DNA of 60,976 bases from Candidatus Limnocylindria bacterium (lineage in GTDB: Bacteria > Chloroflexota > Limnocylindria > Limnocylindrales > CSP1-4). This document shows, piece after piece, positions 18,284 to 29,241 of the stretch. The stretch spans positions 1-60,976 of the forward strand of contig JBGPIH010000002.1 of NCBI GenBank assembly GCA_041484785.1, given 5' to 3'. The notes beneath the pieces are model-generated. The model made no database searches. It was not told the origin of the DNA and was given only the letters and a program-made list of their open reading frames with translations. Position 1 is the stretch's first letter; the number at the start of each line of letters is the position of its first letter. Both the position numbers and the translations under genes were made by a program.

Positions 18284-19464
18284 CTGCCGATCGCGGCGAC
18301 TGGGACGCCATCGTCATCGGGCTCGGAGCGATCGGCTCGGCGGCCGCTTACTGGCTGAGCCGGACGTACGGCGACGATGTGTTGGGACTCGAGCGCTTCG
18401 AGTTCGATCACGGCAACGGCGCCTCGGCCGATCACAGCCGGATCATCCGGCTCTCCTACCACCACCCCTCCTACGTCCGGCTCGCCAGGCGAGCATACGA
18501 GTCCTGGTCGGAGGTGGAAGCCGAATCCGGCGCCCAGGTCGTCACGATCACCGGTGGGCTCGACCTGTGGCCCGCCAATCCGGCCATCCCGCGGGCCGAC
18601 TACGTCAAGAGCCTCGCCGCGGAAGACGTCCCGTTCGAGACGCTCGACGCCGCGGAGGTCATGCGCCGCTGGCCGCAGTGGCGGCTCGATGCCGGCGTCA
18701 GCGCGATCTGGCAGCGCCAGGGCGGCCTGGCCGACCCGTTCAAGGGGAATGCCGCCCATCGACGCCTCGCCCTGGCACACGGCGCGACCCTGCGGGATCG
18801 CACGCGGGTGACCGCCCTGCGCGACGCCGGCGGCGGGGATCTCGAGGTGGTCACCGAGGGTGGCACCTACCGCACCGGGCGGGTGGTGCTCGCCACGGAC
18901 GCCTGGACCAACCAGCTGCTGGCCTCGTTCGGGCGCCACCTGCCCCTCGAGGTCACCAAGGAGCAGGTCACCTATTTCGCCTGCCCCGACCCGGCGGCGT
19001 TCGCGCCGGACCGTTTCCCGGTCTGGATCTGGATGGACGATCCGTCCTTCTACGGCTTTCCGACCTACGGCGAGGCCGGTCCCAAGGCGGCACAGGACTG
19101 CGGCGGCCTGCCGGTCGATCCCGACCATCGAACGTTCGAGCGCGACGAGGCCGCCTTCGGCCGCGTGGTCGGGTTCCTGGAGCGCCACCTTCCGGGCGCG
19201 CTGGGTCCTCCGATCTACACCAGGACCTGCCTGTACACGCTGACTCCGGAGCGCGACTTCGTGGTCGATCGGCTGCCCGACCACCCCGGCGTGACGGTCG
19301 TCCTCGGGGCGGGACATGGCTTCAAGTTCGCCTCCGTCCTCGGCCGGATCGCGGCCGAGCTGAGCACGGTCGGTAGCAGCCCGTCCGCTCCCGAGCTGGA
19401 GGCATTCAGGATCGACCGCCCGTTGCTGCTCGCGGCGGATCCCGCCCGATCCTGGATGGTCTGA
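18277..19464 (+). CDS. FAD-dependent oxidoreductase, monomeric sarcosine oxidase / N-methyltryptophan oxidase-like
   Basis: Tandem GTG starts at 18277 and 18280 overlap the phzF-like stop. The dinucleotide fold is DAIVIGLGAIGSAAAYWL, and GAGHGFKFASVLG lies near the C-terminus. Confidence 0.8.
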   Translation: MVTADRGDWDAIVIGLGAIGSAAAYWLSRTYGDDVLGLERFEFDHGNGASADHSRIIRLSYHHPSYVRLARRAYESWSEVEAESGAQVVTITGGLDLWPANPAIPRADYVKSLAAEDVPFETLDAAEVMRRWPQWRLDAGVSAIWQRQGGLADPFKGNAAHRRLALAHGATLRDRTRVTALRDAGGGDLEVVTEGGTYRTGRVVLATDAWTNQLLASFGRHLPLEVTKEQVTYFACPDPAAFAPDRFPVWIWMDDPSFYGFPTYGEAGPKAAQDCGGLPVDPDHRTFERDEAAFGRVVGFLERHLPGALGPPIYTRTCLYTLTPERDFVVDRLPDHPGVTVVLGAGHGFKFASVLGRIAAELSTVGSSPSAPELEAFRIDRPLLLAADPARSWMV

Positions 19465-19591
19465 TCGTCGCTGGACGCACCGTGCGACCCAGCCTTGCAC
19501 TGCCCGACCGCCTGTGCCAACGTACCGCCACTCAACGGGAACCAGGGTCGGTGGTCCGAGGAGGAAGCGGGCCCCGCCGAAGGAGGATTCG

Positions 19592-21505
19592 ATGCGACCA
19601 ACCGTGCGCGTACGACTGGTCCGGCTGGTTGGCGCCGGTGCCCTCGTTGGCTCTCTGCTCCTTCCGGCGGCTGCCCCGGTCGCGGCCGCCGATCCGGTAG
19701 TCCTGCGGGTCGGGACGACCCAGGATTTCGATGCATCCAACCCGTACCAGACCGCCCTCGTGTCCGGCTTCGAGGCGTTCCAGCTGACCTACAACCTGAT
19801 GGTCGACTTCGGGGACAACCTCGAGCCGGTGCCGGGCTTCGCCGACTCGTGGCAGCGCTCCCCCGACCGCATCACGTTCCACATCCGGACGGGAATGACA
19901 TGGTCCGATGGCCAGCCAGCGACGTCGGCCGACGCGTGCTTCAGCTGGCAGCTGGCGGTCGACGCGATCAAGGCTGAATCGAACATCGGCCTCGGGTACC
20001 TCGACCCGAATCTCAAGGACGCTGGAGTCACCAAGGTCGAATGCCCCGACGACCAGACGTTGATCGCCTACACCACCGACCAGTCCGATCGAATCTTCCA
20101 GGTCTACCTGCCGATCATCCCGAAGCACATCTGGGGCACGTACGACTACAAGACCATCGCCGATCAGAAGTTCGACGCACCGCTCGTCGGCACCGGGCCG
20201 TACACCCTGGCCGAGTGGAAGACCGGCCAGTTCATGCGCTTCGTGCGCAACCCGAACTACTGGGGCAAGCCGGGCTTCGCGGACGAGGTTGTCATTCAGA
20301 TCTTCAGCAGCGCCGACACGATGGTCCAGGCGCTCAAGTCGGGCGATCTCGACTACGCCCACGACGTGAACGCCGACCAGCTCAAGGCGCTCCAGACCGC
20401 GCCGGACATCAAGACGGTGGTTGGGTCGGCCAACGGCTGGTCGCAACTTGCGTTCAATGCGTACGGGACCGGGACCGGCAAGACCATCAAGGGCGGCGGC
20501 CCGTCGACCCAGGCGCTCCTCGACCCGGCGTTCCGTGATGCCCTGGGCTACGCCGTCGACAAGAAGACGCTCCTCGACAAGGTGCTCGGGGGCTTCGGCG
20601 ACGTGGGTACCACCAACATTCCGCCGGTCCTGGGCCAGTGGCATGTCGAGCCCGACAATCCACGGACGTTCGACATCGAATTGGCGAAGTCGAAGCTCGA
20701 CGCGGCCGGCTACCACCTCGACTCGAGCGGAAACCGGCTCGACAAGCAGGGCAAGCCGATCACCCTTCGGCTGTACATGCCAGATTCGAGCGATACCTAT
20801 CCCAAGGCGGCCCAGTTCATCAAGGACTGGTACGGGCAGCTGGGGGTCAAGGTCCAGACCAAGGTGTTCGACAGCGCTACCTTGACCGACCTCCTCCTCC
20901 CGCCCGAGGCCGGCGGCAACGGCAACCTGGCCAAATACGACATCGAGCTGTGGGGATGGTCTGGCAACCCCGACCCGAACGCGCTCCTCCAGATCTTCCG
21001 TTGCGATGAGATCGGGAACACATCCGACAGCAACTACTGCAACCCCTCGTACGACACGATGTACGACCAGGAGTCGAAGCTGTCAGGCGACGCTCGCAAG
21101 GCAGTCCTGGCCCAGATGCAGAACCTCATCTACGACCAGGCGGTGTACGACATCCTGTATTACGACGCGAACCTCGACGCGTATCGAACGGATCGCTTCG
21201 CCGGCTGGCAGAACATGCCCAGCAACGGGACCCCGCTGATGTCCTACGGCACGCTCAACTACACCGCCCTGACCGATGCCACGGCGGCGCAGAGCGCACC
21301 GGCGAGCGCCGCACCAGCTCCATCCACCGGCTCGTCCGGCCCTGCGGGCGCGTCGCCGTCCGCGGCGCCGGCGCCAAGCCCGCCGTCGAGCACTGGTGAC
21401 AACACGGCGCTCATCGTCATCGTTGCGGCCGTCGTCATCGTCGTGATCGGCGGCGCGTTCTTGCTGAATCGCCGTCGAGCTGGTGCATCCGGGGAGGACG
21501 AGTGA
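19592..21505 (+). CDS. ABC transporter substrate-binding protein (family 5, peptide/nickel) with a C-terminal TM anchor
   Basis: RBS AGGAGG at 19581 precedes ATG 19592, followed by a signal peptide. The SBP_bac_5-like body is followed by an S/P/A-rich linker, a TM helix (ALIVIVAAVVIVVIGGAFLL) and NRRR. Confidence 0.85.
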   Translation: MRPTVRVRLVRLVGAGALVGSLLLPAAAPVAAADPVVLRVGTTQDFDASNPYQTALVSGFEAFQLTYNLMVDFGDNLEPVPGFADSWQRSPDRITFHIRTGMTWSDGQPATSADACFSWQLAVDAIKAESNIGLGYLDPNLKDAGVTKVECPDDQTLIAYTTDQSDRIFQVYLPIIPKHIWGTYDYKTIADQKFDAPLVGTGPYTLAEWKTGQFMRFVRNPNYWGKPGFADEVVIQIFSSADTMVQALKSGDLDYAHDVNADQLKALQTAPDIKTVVGSANGWSQLAFNAYGTGTGKTIKGGGPSTQALLDPAFRDALGYAVDKKTLLDKVLGGFGDVGTTNIPPVLGQWHVEPDNPRTFDIELAKSKLDAAGYHLDSSGNRLDKQGKPITLRLYMPDSSDTYPKAAQFIKDWYGQLGVKVQTKVFDSATLTDLLLPPEAGGNGNLAKYDIELWGWSGNPDPNALLQIFRCDEIGNTSDSNYCNPSYDTMYDQESKLSGDARKAVLAQMQNLIYDQAVYDILYYDANLDAYRTDRFAGWQNMPSNGTPLMSYGTLNYTALTDATAAQSAPASAAPAPSTGSSGPAGASPSAAPAPSPPSSTGDNTALIVIVAAVVIVVIGGAFLLNRRRAGASGEDE

Positions 21506-21536
21506 TCGAACCGGCTCGTCGATCGAGCCTGTCGAC

Positions 21537-21562
21537 GGAGGGCCGCCGCCAGACGGCCCTCC
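21537..21562 (+). promoter_or_regulatory. intercistronic stem-loop between the SBP and permease genes
   Basis: GGAGGGCCG-N8-CGGCCCTCC forms a perfect 9-bp stem with no U-tract. This kind of hairpin is typical for differential expression of SBP versus permease genes. Confidence 0.45.
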
Positions 21563-21588
21563 CTGCCTGCTGAAGTCCCCGGCGCCGC

Positions 21589-22563
21589 ATGGGGGCGCGC
21601 TACCTCAGCCGCAAGTTCGCCCAGGCGGCCGTGACGATTGTCGCGATCGTCGTGCTCAACTTCCTCCTCTTCCGCCTGATGCCAGGGTCTCCGGAACGGG
21701 TCCTCTTCCGCAACCCGAACCTGTCACCCGAAGTCGTCGCCGCGGCACGGGTGCGCTGGGGCCTGGACAAGCCGCTCATTCCCGATCAGCTCGTGGCCTA
21801 CGTCGAGTCGACGATGACCGGCGATCTCGGGTACTCGTTCAAGTTCCGCGGCCAGGCGGTCACGGACGTCATCGCCGACCGGGTTGGTCCCACGCTCCTG
21901 CTCGTCGGCTTGGGCGAGATCGTATCGATCGTGGTCGGGCTCGGGCTCGGCGCGTACGCGGGTTGGCGGCGCGGGGGCGCGGTTGATCGTGTCGGAAACG
22001 GGGTCAGCCTGGTCCTCTATTCGATGCCCTATTTCGTGATCGGAATGCCGCTCATCATCATCTTCGCGGCCGGCCTTCATTGGTTCCCGACGTCGGGCAT
22101 GCAATCCGTTGGAGGTGGAGCGAAACCGTTCCTGGAGTCGATGATCGACCTGGCCAGCCACCTCACCCTGCCGCTGGCGACGGTGTCCCTCGGGCTCATC
22201 GGCGGTTACTCGATCCTCATGCGGTCCTCGATCATCGAGACGCGCTCTGAGGACTACATCACGACGGCCCGCGCCAAGGGCCTCTCCGACCGCCGCGTCC
22301 TGCGGCACCACGCGTTTCCGAACGCGCTCCTCCCGATGGTCACGCTGATCGCGATCAACCTCGGCTACGTCATCGCCGGCGCCATCACGGCCGAGGTCGT
22401 CTTCAGCTGGCCGGGGCTTGGCACGCTGACCGTCAGCGCGCTCCAGTCGCGCGACTACCCGATCCTCCAGGGGATCTTCCTGCTCCTCGCGGTGTCGGTC
22501 GTGCTTGGCAACCTTGCCGCCGACCTCATCTACGGGCTCCTGGATCCGCGGGTCCGCTCGTGA
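21589..22563 (+). CDS. ABC transporter permease (DppB/OppB-like)
   Basis: A 324-aa polytopic membrane protein with the BPD_transp_1 pattern, including the EAA-like loop ITTARAKGLSDRRVLRHHAFPNAL. Confidence 0.85.
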   Translation: MGARYLSRKFAQAAVTIVAIVVLNFLLFRLMPGSPERVLFRNPNLSPEVVAAARVRWGLDKPLIPDQLVAYVESTMTGDLGYSFKFRGQAVTDVIADRVGPTLLLVGLGEIVSIVVGLGLGAYAGWRRGGAVDRVGNGVSLVLYSMPYFVIGMPLIIIFAAGLHWFPTSGMQSVGGGAKPFLESMIDLASHLTLPLATVSLGLIGGYSILMRSSIIETRSEDYITTARAKGLSDRRVLRHHAFPNALLPMVTLIAINLGYVIAGAITAEVVFSWPGLGTLTVSALQSRDYPILQGIFLLLAVSVVLGNLAADLIYGLLDPRVRS

Positions 22564-23510
22564 CTGCCGCGAGCGCCGCCGTCGCCAGGGCGCGAGCCGA
22601 ACGCTGGCGCCTGTTCCTGGCCGGCGTCAGTGGCTTCGCCCGGCGCTACGCCCGACGCAGCGACGGGGTCGTCGGGCTGGCGATCCTCGTCCTGTTCGCC
22701 GTCCTCGCCCTCGCGCCCGAACTGTTCGTAGGCCCCCTGGAGACCGCCACGACGGCCAGCGGGCTGGGACTCGACCCGCCATCGACCATCCACCTGCTCG
22801 GCACCGACGAGCTCGGTCGGGACCTCCTCAACCTGACCGTGCACGGTGCGCGCATCTCGATGACCATCGGCCTGCTCGCGACCGTCATCACCATCGTCGT
22901 GGGCGTGCTCGTGGGCATCGTGGCCGGCTTCGTGGGCGGCGTCGTCGACGCGATCCTCATGCGAATTTCCGACTTCTTCCTCGTGCTGCCGACCTTCGTG
23001 CTGGCGCTGATCCTGGCGCCGGTCATCCTCGAGATCGTCGGCGACGACGCGGAGGTGCTCGGAATCCGCGCGACGTTGTTCGTGATCATCGTCGTGATCG
23101 GCCTCACCAGTTGGGCCACGACGGCGCGGATCATCCGGTCGCAGGTACTGTCCTTGAAGGAGCGGATGTTCGTCGATCGTGCTCGCGCAATCGGGGCCGG
23201 GCCGGCCCGGATCATGCGGCGCCACATCCTGCCGAACGTGGTCAACCTCATCGTCGCCCAGGCGGTCCTGACCTTCGCGGCGGCCGTCTTCACCGAGACG
23301 ACGCTGTCGTTCGTCGGGCTCGGCGATCCATTCGCCCCATCCTGGGGCGAGATCCTCGATTCGGCCCAGGTATCCGGCGCGCCTGGGCTCGGAGCGTGGT
23401 GGTATATCGCCCCGCCGGCCGTCTGCGTCGTCCTGGTCGTCCTGTCCTTCACGCTCGTCGGCAACGCCCTGGACGACATCCTCAACCCGAAGCTGGCCGG
23501 ACGGCGATGA
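22560..23510 (+). CDS. ABC transporter permease (DppC/OppC-like)
   Basis: A 4-nt overlap links it to the upstream permease. It shows HLLGTDELGRD and the EAA-like loop VDRARAIGAGPARIMRRHILPN. Confidence 0.85.
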   Translation: MTAASAAVARARAERWRLFLAGVSGFARRYARRSDGVVGLAILVLFAVLALAPELFVGPLETATTASGLGLDPPSTIHLLGTDELGRDLLNLTVHGARISMTIGLLATVITIVVGVLVGIVAGFVGGVVDAILMRISDFFLVLPTFVLALILAPVILEIVGDDAEVLGIRATLFVIIVVIGLTSWATTARIIRSQVLSLKERMFVDRARAIGAGPARIMRRHILPNVVNLIVAQAVLTFAAAVFTETTLSFVGLGDPFAPSWGEILDSAQVSGAPGLGAWWYIAPPAVCVVLVVLSFTLVGNALDDILNPKLAGRR

Positions 23511-24577
23511 GCGCCGACGCGATGCCGCCGGTCCGCGGGCGTCGCCAGTGGCCCCTGCCGAAACAGGCCGTGCCGGGGGCGCCACTGCTCGAGGTCGAGG
23601 ATCTGCGGACCTACTTCCGGCTGTCGTCCGGTGTCGTTCACGCCGTCGACGGGGTGAGCTTCCGGCTCGACTACGGCGAGGCGCTCGGGATCGCCGGCGA
23701 ATCGGGCTGCGGCAAGACGACGACGGCACTGTCGCTGGTCGGCCTACTCCCCGCGAACGCGAACATCGAGAGCGGCTCGATCCGATTGTTCGGGATCGAC
23801 CTCGTTCCAAAGACGGAGCGCCAGCTGCGGCGCTATCGCTGGCGGGAGATCAGCATCGTCTTCCAGGGCGCCATGAATGCGCTCAATCCCGTCCAGCGGG
23901 TGCGCGATCAGATCGCCGAGCCGATCGAGCAACGCCTCTCGCTGTCGCGCGCAGAATCCCTCAGTCGCGCGGGTGAGCTTCTCGACCTTGTCGGCATCCC
24001 GAAGAAGCGCGGCGCGGCCTATCCACACGAGCTTTCCGGTGGGATGCGCCAGCGGGCGATGATCGCAATGGCGCTCGCGTGCGACCCGGCGATCATCATC
24101 GGGGACGAGCCGACGACGGCCCTCGATGTCATGGTCCAGGCGCAAATCCTGGCGCTCCTCGAGCGACTGCGCGACGAGCTCAACCTGTCGCTCATCCTCA
24201 TCACCCACGACCTGTCGGTGATCGCCGAGACCTGCGACCGGGTCTTGATCATGTACGCGGGCCGGGTCGCCGAGGAGGGCAGCGTCCGCGAGGTCTTCGC
24301 CCGTCCTCGACACCCGTACACGCAGAAGCTGCTATCGGCGTTCCCGAACATCCAGGCCGATCGGCGGACGCTCGAGGTGATCCCCGGCGCACCGCCGGAC
24401 CTGCGCACGCCGCCCCCTGGCTGTCGCTTCCATCCGCGCTGCGCGTTCGCGATGCCGGTCTGCTCTGAGGTCATCCCGCCCGAGGTCACGCTGGCCGACG
24501 GGGTTCGCGTGGCCTGCCACCTGTATCCGGCCGGAACCGACGGCATGCCCCCGGAACGGCTCGAGGAGGCCATCTAG
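23507..24577 (+). CDS. ABC transporter ATP-binding protein (DppD/OppD-like)
   Basis: It starts with an ATGA overlap. It has Walker [10 protein letters not shown], the signature LSGGMRQR, Walker [13 protein letters not shown] and the oligopeptide C-terminal motif HPYT. Confidence 0.88.
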   Translation: MSADAMPPVRGRRQWPLPKQAVPGAPLLEVEDLRTYFRLSSGVVHAVDGVSFRLDYGEALGIAGESGCGKTTTALSLVGLLPANANIESGSIRLFGIDLVPKTERQLRRYRWREISIVFQGAMNALNPVQRVRDQIAEPIEQRLSLSRAESLSRAGELLDLVGIPKKRGAAYPHELSGGMRQRAMIAMALACDPAIIIGDEPTTALDVMVQAQILALLERLRDELNLSLILITHDLSVIAETCDRVLIMYAGRVAEEGSVREVFARPRHPYTQKLLSAFPNIQADRRTLEVIPGAPPDLRTPPPGCRFHPRCAFAMPVCSEVIPPEVTLADGVRVACHLYPAGTDGMPPERLEEAI

Positions 24578-25650
24578 TGGCGGACGAGCTGCTCCGGCTG
24601 GACGGCCTCAAGGTCCACTTCCCGATCCGCGGGGGGATCGTCGACATGCTGCGACGCCGACCACGAGGCATCGTCCGCGCAGTTGACGGAATCGACCTGA
24701 CCATCCGTCGAGGCGAGGTCCTGGGCCTCGTCGGCGAATCGGGCAGCGGCAAGACGACCACCGGCCGGGTGGTCGTGAAGCTGACCCGCCAGACTGCCGG
24801 GCGGGTTGTCTTCGACGGCCGCGACGTCAGCGACCTGTGGGGCGTCGGCGCCCTGCGCGAGTACCGGCGGCGGGTTCAGATCATCTTCCAGGACCCATAT
24901 GAAACGCTCAACCCGAAGCAGACGATCCATGACTTCGTGGCCGAGCCGATCGAGGTGAACCACCTCGCGTCGTCGGCGGCGGACCGCGAGGAGCGCGTGG
25001 CTCGGGCGCTCGAAGCCGCCGGTCTCAGGCCCGCCTCCGACTTCGCCTTCCGCTACCCGCACGAGCTGTCCGGCGGACAGCGCCAGCGGGTCGTCATTGC
25101 CGGGGCCCTCGTCATGGACCCCGAGTTGATCGTCGCCGACGAGCCGGTCTCGATGCTCGACGTGTCGATCCGGACCGAGCTCCTGCGCCTGATGCTCGAC
25201 CTGCGCAAGGAGCGCGGGCTCACCTACCTGTTCATCACCCACGACCTGTCACTGGCCTGGGTGCTGGCGGATCGGATCGCGGTCATGTACCTCGGCAAGG
25301 TCATGGAGATCGGTACGGCCGAGCAGATCATCCGAGATCCCCACAACCCGTACACGAAGGCGCTGGTCAGCGTCGCGCCGACGCCGAACCCGCCGTCGGC
25401 CGGCGTGCACGCCCGGCGCACGATCCTCGTCGGCGAGACCCCGGACGCGGTCAACGTGCCGCCGGGGTGCCGCTTCCATCCGCGCTGCCCGCTGGCGTTC
25501 GATCGGTGTCGGGTTGAGGAGCCACCCCTCTTCGATGTCGGGTCCGGCCAGCAGGCGGCATGCTGGCTTGTCGAGGGCGGACGGGCACTCCCGGTCATGC
25601 CGTCGCCTGCCGATACTCCTGCCTCCCTCCCGAGCCAGGGCGCGGCCTGA
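24577..25650 (+). CDS. ABC transporter ATP-binding protein (DppF/OppF-like)
   Basis: It has Walker [10 protein letters not shown], the signature LSGGQRQR, Walker [12 protein letters not shown] and C-terminal CRFHPRCP. Confidence 0.88.
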   Translation: MADELLRLDGLKVHFPIRGGIVDMLRRRPRGIVRAVDGIDLTIRRGEVLGLVGESGSGKTTTGRVVVKLTRQTAGRVVFDGRDVSDLWGVGALREYRRRVQIIFQDPYETLNPKQTIHDFVAEPIEVNHLASSAADREERVARALEAAGLRPASDFAFRYPHELSGGQRQRVVIAGALVMDPELIVADEPVSMLDVSIRTELLRLMLDLRKERGLTYLFITHDLSLAWVLADRIAVMYLGKVMEIGTAEQIIRDPHNPYTKALVSVAPTPNPPSAGVHARRTILVGETPDAVNVPPGCRFHPRCPLAFDRCRVEEPPLFDVGSGQQAACWLVEGGRALPVMPSPADTPASLPSQGAA

Positions 25651-25807
25651 GCGAGCCCCTGTCGCCCGGACCGCTCGCCCCTCCGGCGCGCAGGGGCGGG
25701 CTCCAGGATCCGGCGAGGGTGGATTCGCACCGCTGGGCGATAATGTCCGGCAGGCAGGTTCGGTGGTCCGGCACGGACCAGGTGAGCGATGCCCGTGGAG
25801 GTCAGCA

Positions 25808-27343
25808 ATGGCGGATTCGACGGTGAATGACCGAACGACCGGCGGCAACGGTGCGGCGGCAAAGCAGCCCCGGCTCTCGACCCGGCAAGGGCACCCGGTC
25901 TACGACAACCAGAACCAGCGGACTGTCGGCAGTCGCGGGCCCGCGACGCTCGAGAACTACCACTTCCTCGAGAAGATCAGCCACTTCGACCGTGAGCGGA
26001 TCCCGGAGCGCGTCGTCCACGCGCGCGGGTTCGTGGCGCACGGCCTGTTCGAGGCGTACGGCACCATCGGTGACGAGCCGGCCTCGACCTACACGCGGGC
26101 CAAGCTGTTCGGGGCCAAGGGCAAGCGCACGCCGGTCGTCATCCGGTTCTCGACGGTCATCGGCGGGCGCGATTCGTCAGAGGTCTCCCGCGACCCGCGC
26201 GGCTTCGCGGTCAAGTTCAAGACGGAGGACGGCAACTGGGACCTGGTCGGCAACGACCTGCCGGTCTTCTTCATCCGCGACGCGATCAAGTTCCCGGACG
26301 TCATCCACGCCCTCAAGCCGGACCCGGTGACGTTCCGCCAGGAACCGAACCGGATCTTCGACTTCATGGGCCTGACGCCCGAATCGATGCACTTGCTCAC
26401 CTGGCTGTTCAGCCCGCGCGGCATCCCGAAGGACTATCGCCACATGGACGGCTTCGGGGTGAACACCTACCGGATGGTCAACGCGTCCGGCGAGGGTGTC
26501 CTCGTCAAGTACCACTGGAAGACTCAACAGGGGATCGAGTCGCTCACCCAGGCCCAGGCCGATGCCATCCAGGCGACCGACCTCGGAAGCGCCTCGAAGG
26601 ATCTCCATGAGGCCATCGAGCGCGGCGAGTTCCCGCGCTGGGAGCTGAACGTCCAGATCATGCCGGACGGCGAGCACCCGGAGCTCGACTTCGACCCGCT
26701 CGACGACACCAAGACCTGGCCCGAGGACGTCTTCCCGCTCCGTCCGGTCGGGATGATGACGCTCAACCGGAACGTCGAGAACTTCTTCGCCGAGAACGAG
26801 CAGGCGGCGTTCGGGACCGGAGTCCTGGTCGATGGGCTCGACTTCTCCGACGACAAGATGCTCGTCGGCCGGACGTTCTCGTACTCCGACACGCAGCGCT
26901 ACCGCGTCGGGCCGAACTACCTCCAGCTGCCGATCAACCAGCCGCTCGCCAAGGCGGCCACGAACCAGCGTGACGGCCAGATGGCCTACGCGGTGGACGG
27001 CACCGGGCCGAACCCGCACGTGAACTACGAGCCGAATTCAACCGGTGGCCTGCGCGAGGCCGAGCGCGGTGGCCCCGACTACGAGCCGGAGATTCACGGT
27101 CGCCTGACCCGCGCGAAGATCGAGCGGACGAACGACTTCGCCCAGGCGGGCGAGCGCTACCGGACGATGCCGGACTGGGAGCGGGAGGATCTCGTGGCGA
27201 ACATGATCACGCTGCTCGGCCAGTGCGAGCGCCAGATCCAGGACCGGATGGTCGGGCTGTTCGCGCAGTGCGACCCGGACTACGGGTCGCGTGTCGCCGC
27301 GGGCCTCGGGATCGAGTCGCCGATGGCGTCAGCCGGGCGCTGA
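25808..27343 (+). CDS. monofunctional heme catalase (small-subunit type)
   Basis: The catalase active-site region [15 protein letters not shown] is present, along with [15 protein letters not shown] and the proximal-heme region [14 protein letters not shown]. Confidence 0.92.
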   Translation: MADSTVNDRTTGGNGAAAKQPRLSTRQGHPVYDNQNQRTVGSRGPATLENYHFLEKISHFDRERIPERVVHARGFVAHGLFEAYGTIGDEPASTYTRAKLFGAKGKRTPVVIRFSTVIGGRDSSEVSRDPRGFAVKFKTEDGNWDLVGNDLPVFFIRDAIKFPDVIHALKPDPVTFRQEPNRIFDFMGLTPESMHLLTWLFSPRGIPKDYRHMDGFGVNTYRMVNASGEGVLVKYHWKTQQGIESLTQAQADAIQATDLGSASKDLHEAIERGEFPRWELNVQIMPDGEHPELDFDPLDDTKTWPEDVFPLRPVGMMTLNRNVENFFAENEQAAFGTGVLVDGLDFSDDKMLVGRTFSYSDTQRYRVGPNYLQLPINQPLAKAATNQRDGQMAYAVDGTGPNPHVNYEPNSTGGLREAERGGPDYEPEIHGRLTRAKIERTNDFAQAGERYRTMPDWEREDLVANMITLLGQCERQIQDRMVGLFAQCDPDYGSRVAAGLGIESPMASAGR

Positions 27344-27985
27344 GCCACCGGGCTTGCCGCCGAGCGCGACAAGGCCGGCGCGTGCCGCCCGGATCAGGAG
27401 TGCATCGCGCCACGTCCGGCACAGGACCTCGACGAGCTCGAGGCGATTGACGGCGGTGGCCGGATCGGGGCCCACCGCGAGGGCGCCGTGACGCTCCAGG
27501 AGGGCGGCGTTCGCGAGCGGCTCGGGCGGCTCCGCGAGCGCCGCGGCAACTCGCTGCGCCAGCTCCGCGCTGCCGGGCTCACCGAGCGCGAGGAACGGCA
27601 GGCGAGGCAGGAAGAGCGCCGTCTCGGGGAGCGCCGCCGGGTCCGGCACCTCGCCGGCCAGGGTGAGCGCCATCGAAGCGGGGAGATGAGCGTGGGCCAC
27701 GGCGCCGAGGTCCGCGCGGGCCGCATGCACGGCGAGGTGGATCGCGAGGTCTGAGGTCGGGCGCAGGCCGCTCCGCGAAACGTCGTCGCGCTCGGGGTGC
27801 CCAAGCCACACGACCACGAGATCGTCGGGCTCGAGCTCATCCTTGCGCCGGCCGGTCGGGGTGACCAGGAGGCGGTCCGCGTCAAGGCGCAGCGAGAGGT
27901 TGCCCTCGCCCGCCGAGATCAGTCCGCGCGCACCGAGGCGGCGTCCCGCCTGGATCAGCGCGTCGGCGGCGAGCGGCAGCTCCAC
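27329..27985 (-). CDS. class II aldolase/adducin-domain protein
   Basis: Motifs GEGNLSLRL and the histidine cluster HLAVH...HAH fit the family. It overlaps the catalase 3' end convergently by 15 nt. Confidence 0.75.
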   Translation of the reverse strand: MELPLAADALIQAGRRLGARGLISAGEGNLSLRLDADRLLVTPTGRRKDELEPDDLVVVWLGHPERDDVSRSGLRPTSDLAIHLAVHAARADLGAVAHAHLPASMALTLAGEVPDPAALPETALFLPRLPFLALGEPGSAELAQRVAAALAEPPEPLANAALLERHGALAVGPDPATAVNRLELVEVLCRTWRDALLIRAARAGLVALGGKPGGSAPG

Positions 27986-28108
27986 CCGCCAATGCTACGT
28001 CCCCGGACCGGGTGCCCGCCTCGTACCATCGCTGCATGCCCGCGGAACCGTCGTCCGAGCCGCTTGGCCTTCGCCGCGCGTCACTCATGCCCGGATCAGT
28101 GCGTCCCC

Positions 28109-28252
28109 TCAGGCGGCCTGCGCAACCCGCTCGCGGACCGGGTCCGGCGCCAGCTCAGCCTGCACCCCGCAGGCATCGCACGTCATCTCGTCGAGGTCGG
28201 CGAGCTCCACCGCTGTCGGTTCGGCGCACCATGGGCATTCGAAGGTGACCAT
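28109..28252 (-). CDS. small zinc-ribbon protein, 47 aa (below the ORF-track length cutoff)
   Basis: My hand translation is MVTFECPWCAEPTAVELADLDEMTCDACGVQAELAPDPVRERVAQAA, with CxxC...CxxC. An RBS GGAG lies about 9 nt upstream, and the codons are GC3-rich. Confidence 0.55.
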   Translation of the reverse strand: MVTFECPWCAEPTAVELADLDEMTCDACGVQAELAPDPVRERVAQAA

Positions 28253-28311
28253 CCTGTTTCACTCCATGACCCGTTGGCTGGGTTCGATGGACCGAACCCT
28301 GGCGGTGCCTT

Positions 28312-29241
28312 GTGACAGCTAGCGTGTCAACGCCGGCGATCGAATTCGACGGCATCTCCAAGACCTACGGACGGACGACCGCGCTCGATGGCCTGAGCCT
28401 GAGCGTTGGCCGCGGCGAGCTCGTTGGCCTGCTCGGGCCGAACGGGGCCGGCAAGACGACCGCGATCAAGCTCGTGCTGGGCCTGGCTCGTCCGACGCAC
28501 GGCAGCGGGCGGGTCCTCGGGGCGCCATTGGGCGATCGAGCGGCGCGCGCCCGAATCGGCTACCTGCCGGAGCTCTTCCGCTATCAGCCCTGGCTCCGCG
28601 CCCGGGAAGTGCTGTCGCTCCACGCGGAACTTGCCGGGCTCGCACCGGCACGTCGGGTCGCGGCCGTCGACGAGGCCCTCGACCGGGTCGGGCTGACGGA
28701 GCGGGCCGGCGACCCGGTCAGCGGCTTCTCCAAGGGGATGCAGCAACGGCTCGGTCTGGGTGTCGCCCTGCTCGGTGAGCCCGAGCTGATCCTCCTCGAC
28801 GAGCCGACCTCGGCGCTCGACCCGGTCGGCAGGACGGACGTTCGCTCGATCGTTCGAGCGGCCCGGGATCGGGGCGCGACCGTGGTCCTCAACTCCCACC
28901 TCCTGACCGAGGTCGAGCGGGTCTGCGACCGGGTGGTCATCCTGAATCGCGGCCGATCCATCGCGTCGGGACCGCTCGACCAGGTCGTCGCCGCCGACGG
29001 CGTCCGCCTCCGGGTGACCGGTCTCGGCGATGCCGCGCGATCATCGCTTGCGCGGTTCGGGCCGATCGCGATCGACGGGGAGTGGCTGAGCATCCGGCCG
29101 CTCCAGCCGTCCAGCATCCCGGACGTCGTCGCGGCGATCGTCGCCGCCGGCGGTCGAGTGCACGTCGTGGAGCCCGGTCGGGGTTCGCTCGAGGCACGTT
29201 TCCTCGAACTCGTCGCCGCGCCACGCGAGGAGCCACGATGA
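28312..29241 (+). CDS. ABC transporter ATP-binding protein (ABC-2/DrrA-like exporter)
   Basis: It has Walker A GPNGAGKTT, the signature FSKGMQQRL and Walker B LILLDEPTSALD. Confidence 0.88.
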   Translation: MTASVSTPAIEFDGISKTYGRTTALDGLSLSVGRGELVGLLGPNGAGKTTAIKLVLGLARPTHGSGRVLGAPLGDRAARARIGYLPELFRYQPWLRAREVLSLHAELAGLAPARRVAAVDEALDRVGLTERAGDPVSGFSKGMQQRLGLGVALLGEPELILLDEPTSALDPVGRTDVRSIVRAARDRGATVVLNSHLLTEVERVCDRVVILNRGRSIASGPLDQVVAADGVRLRVTGLGDAARSSLARFGPIAIDGEWLSIRPLQPSSIPDVVAAIVAAGGRVHVVEPGRGSLEARFLELVAAPREEPR

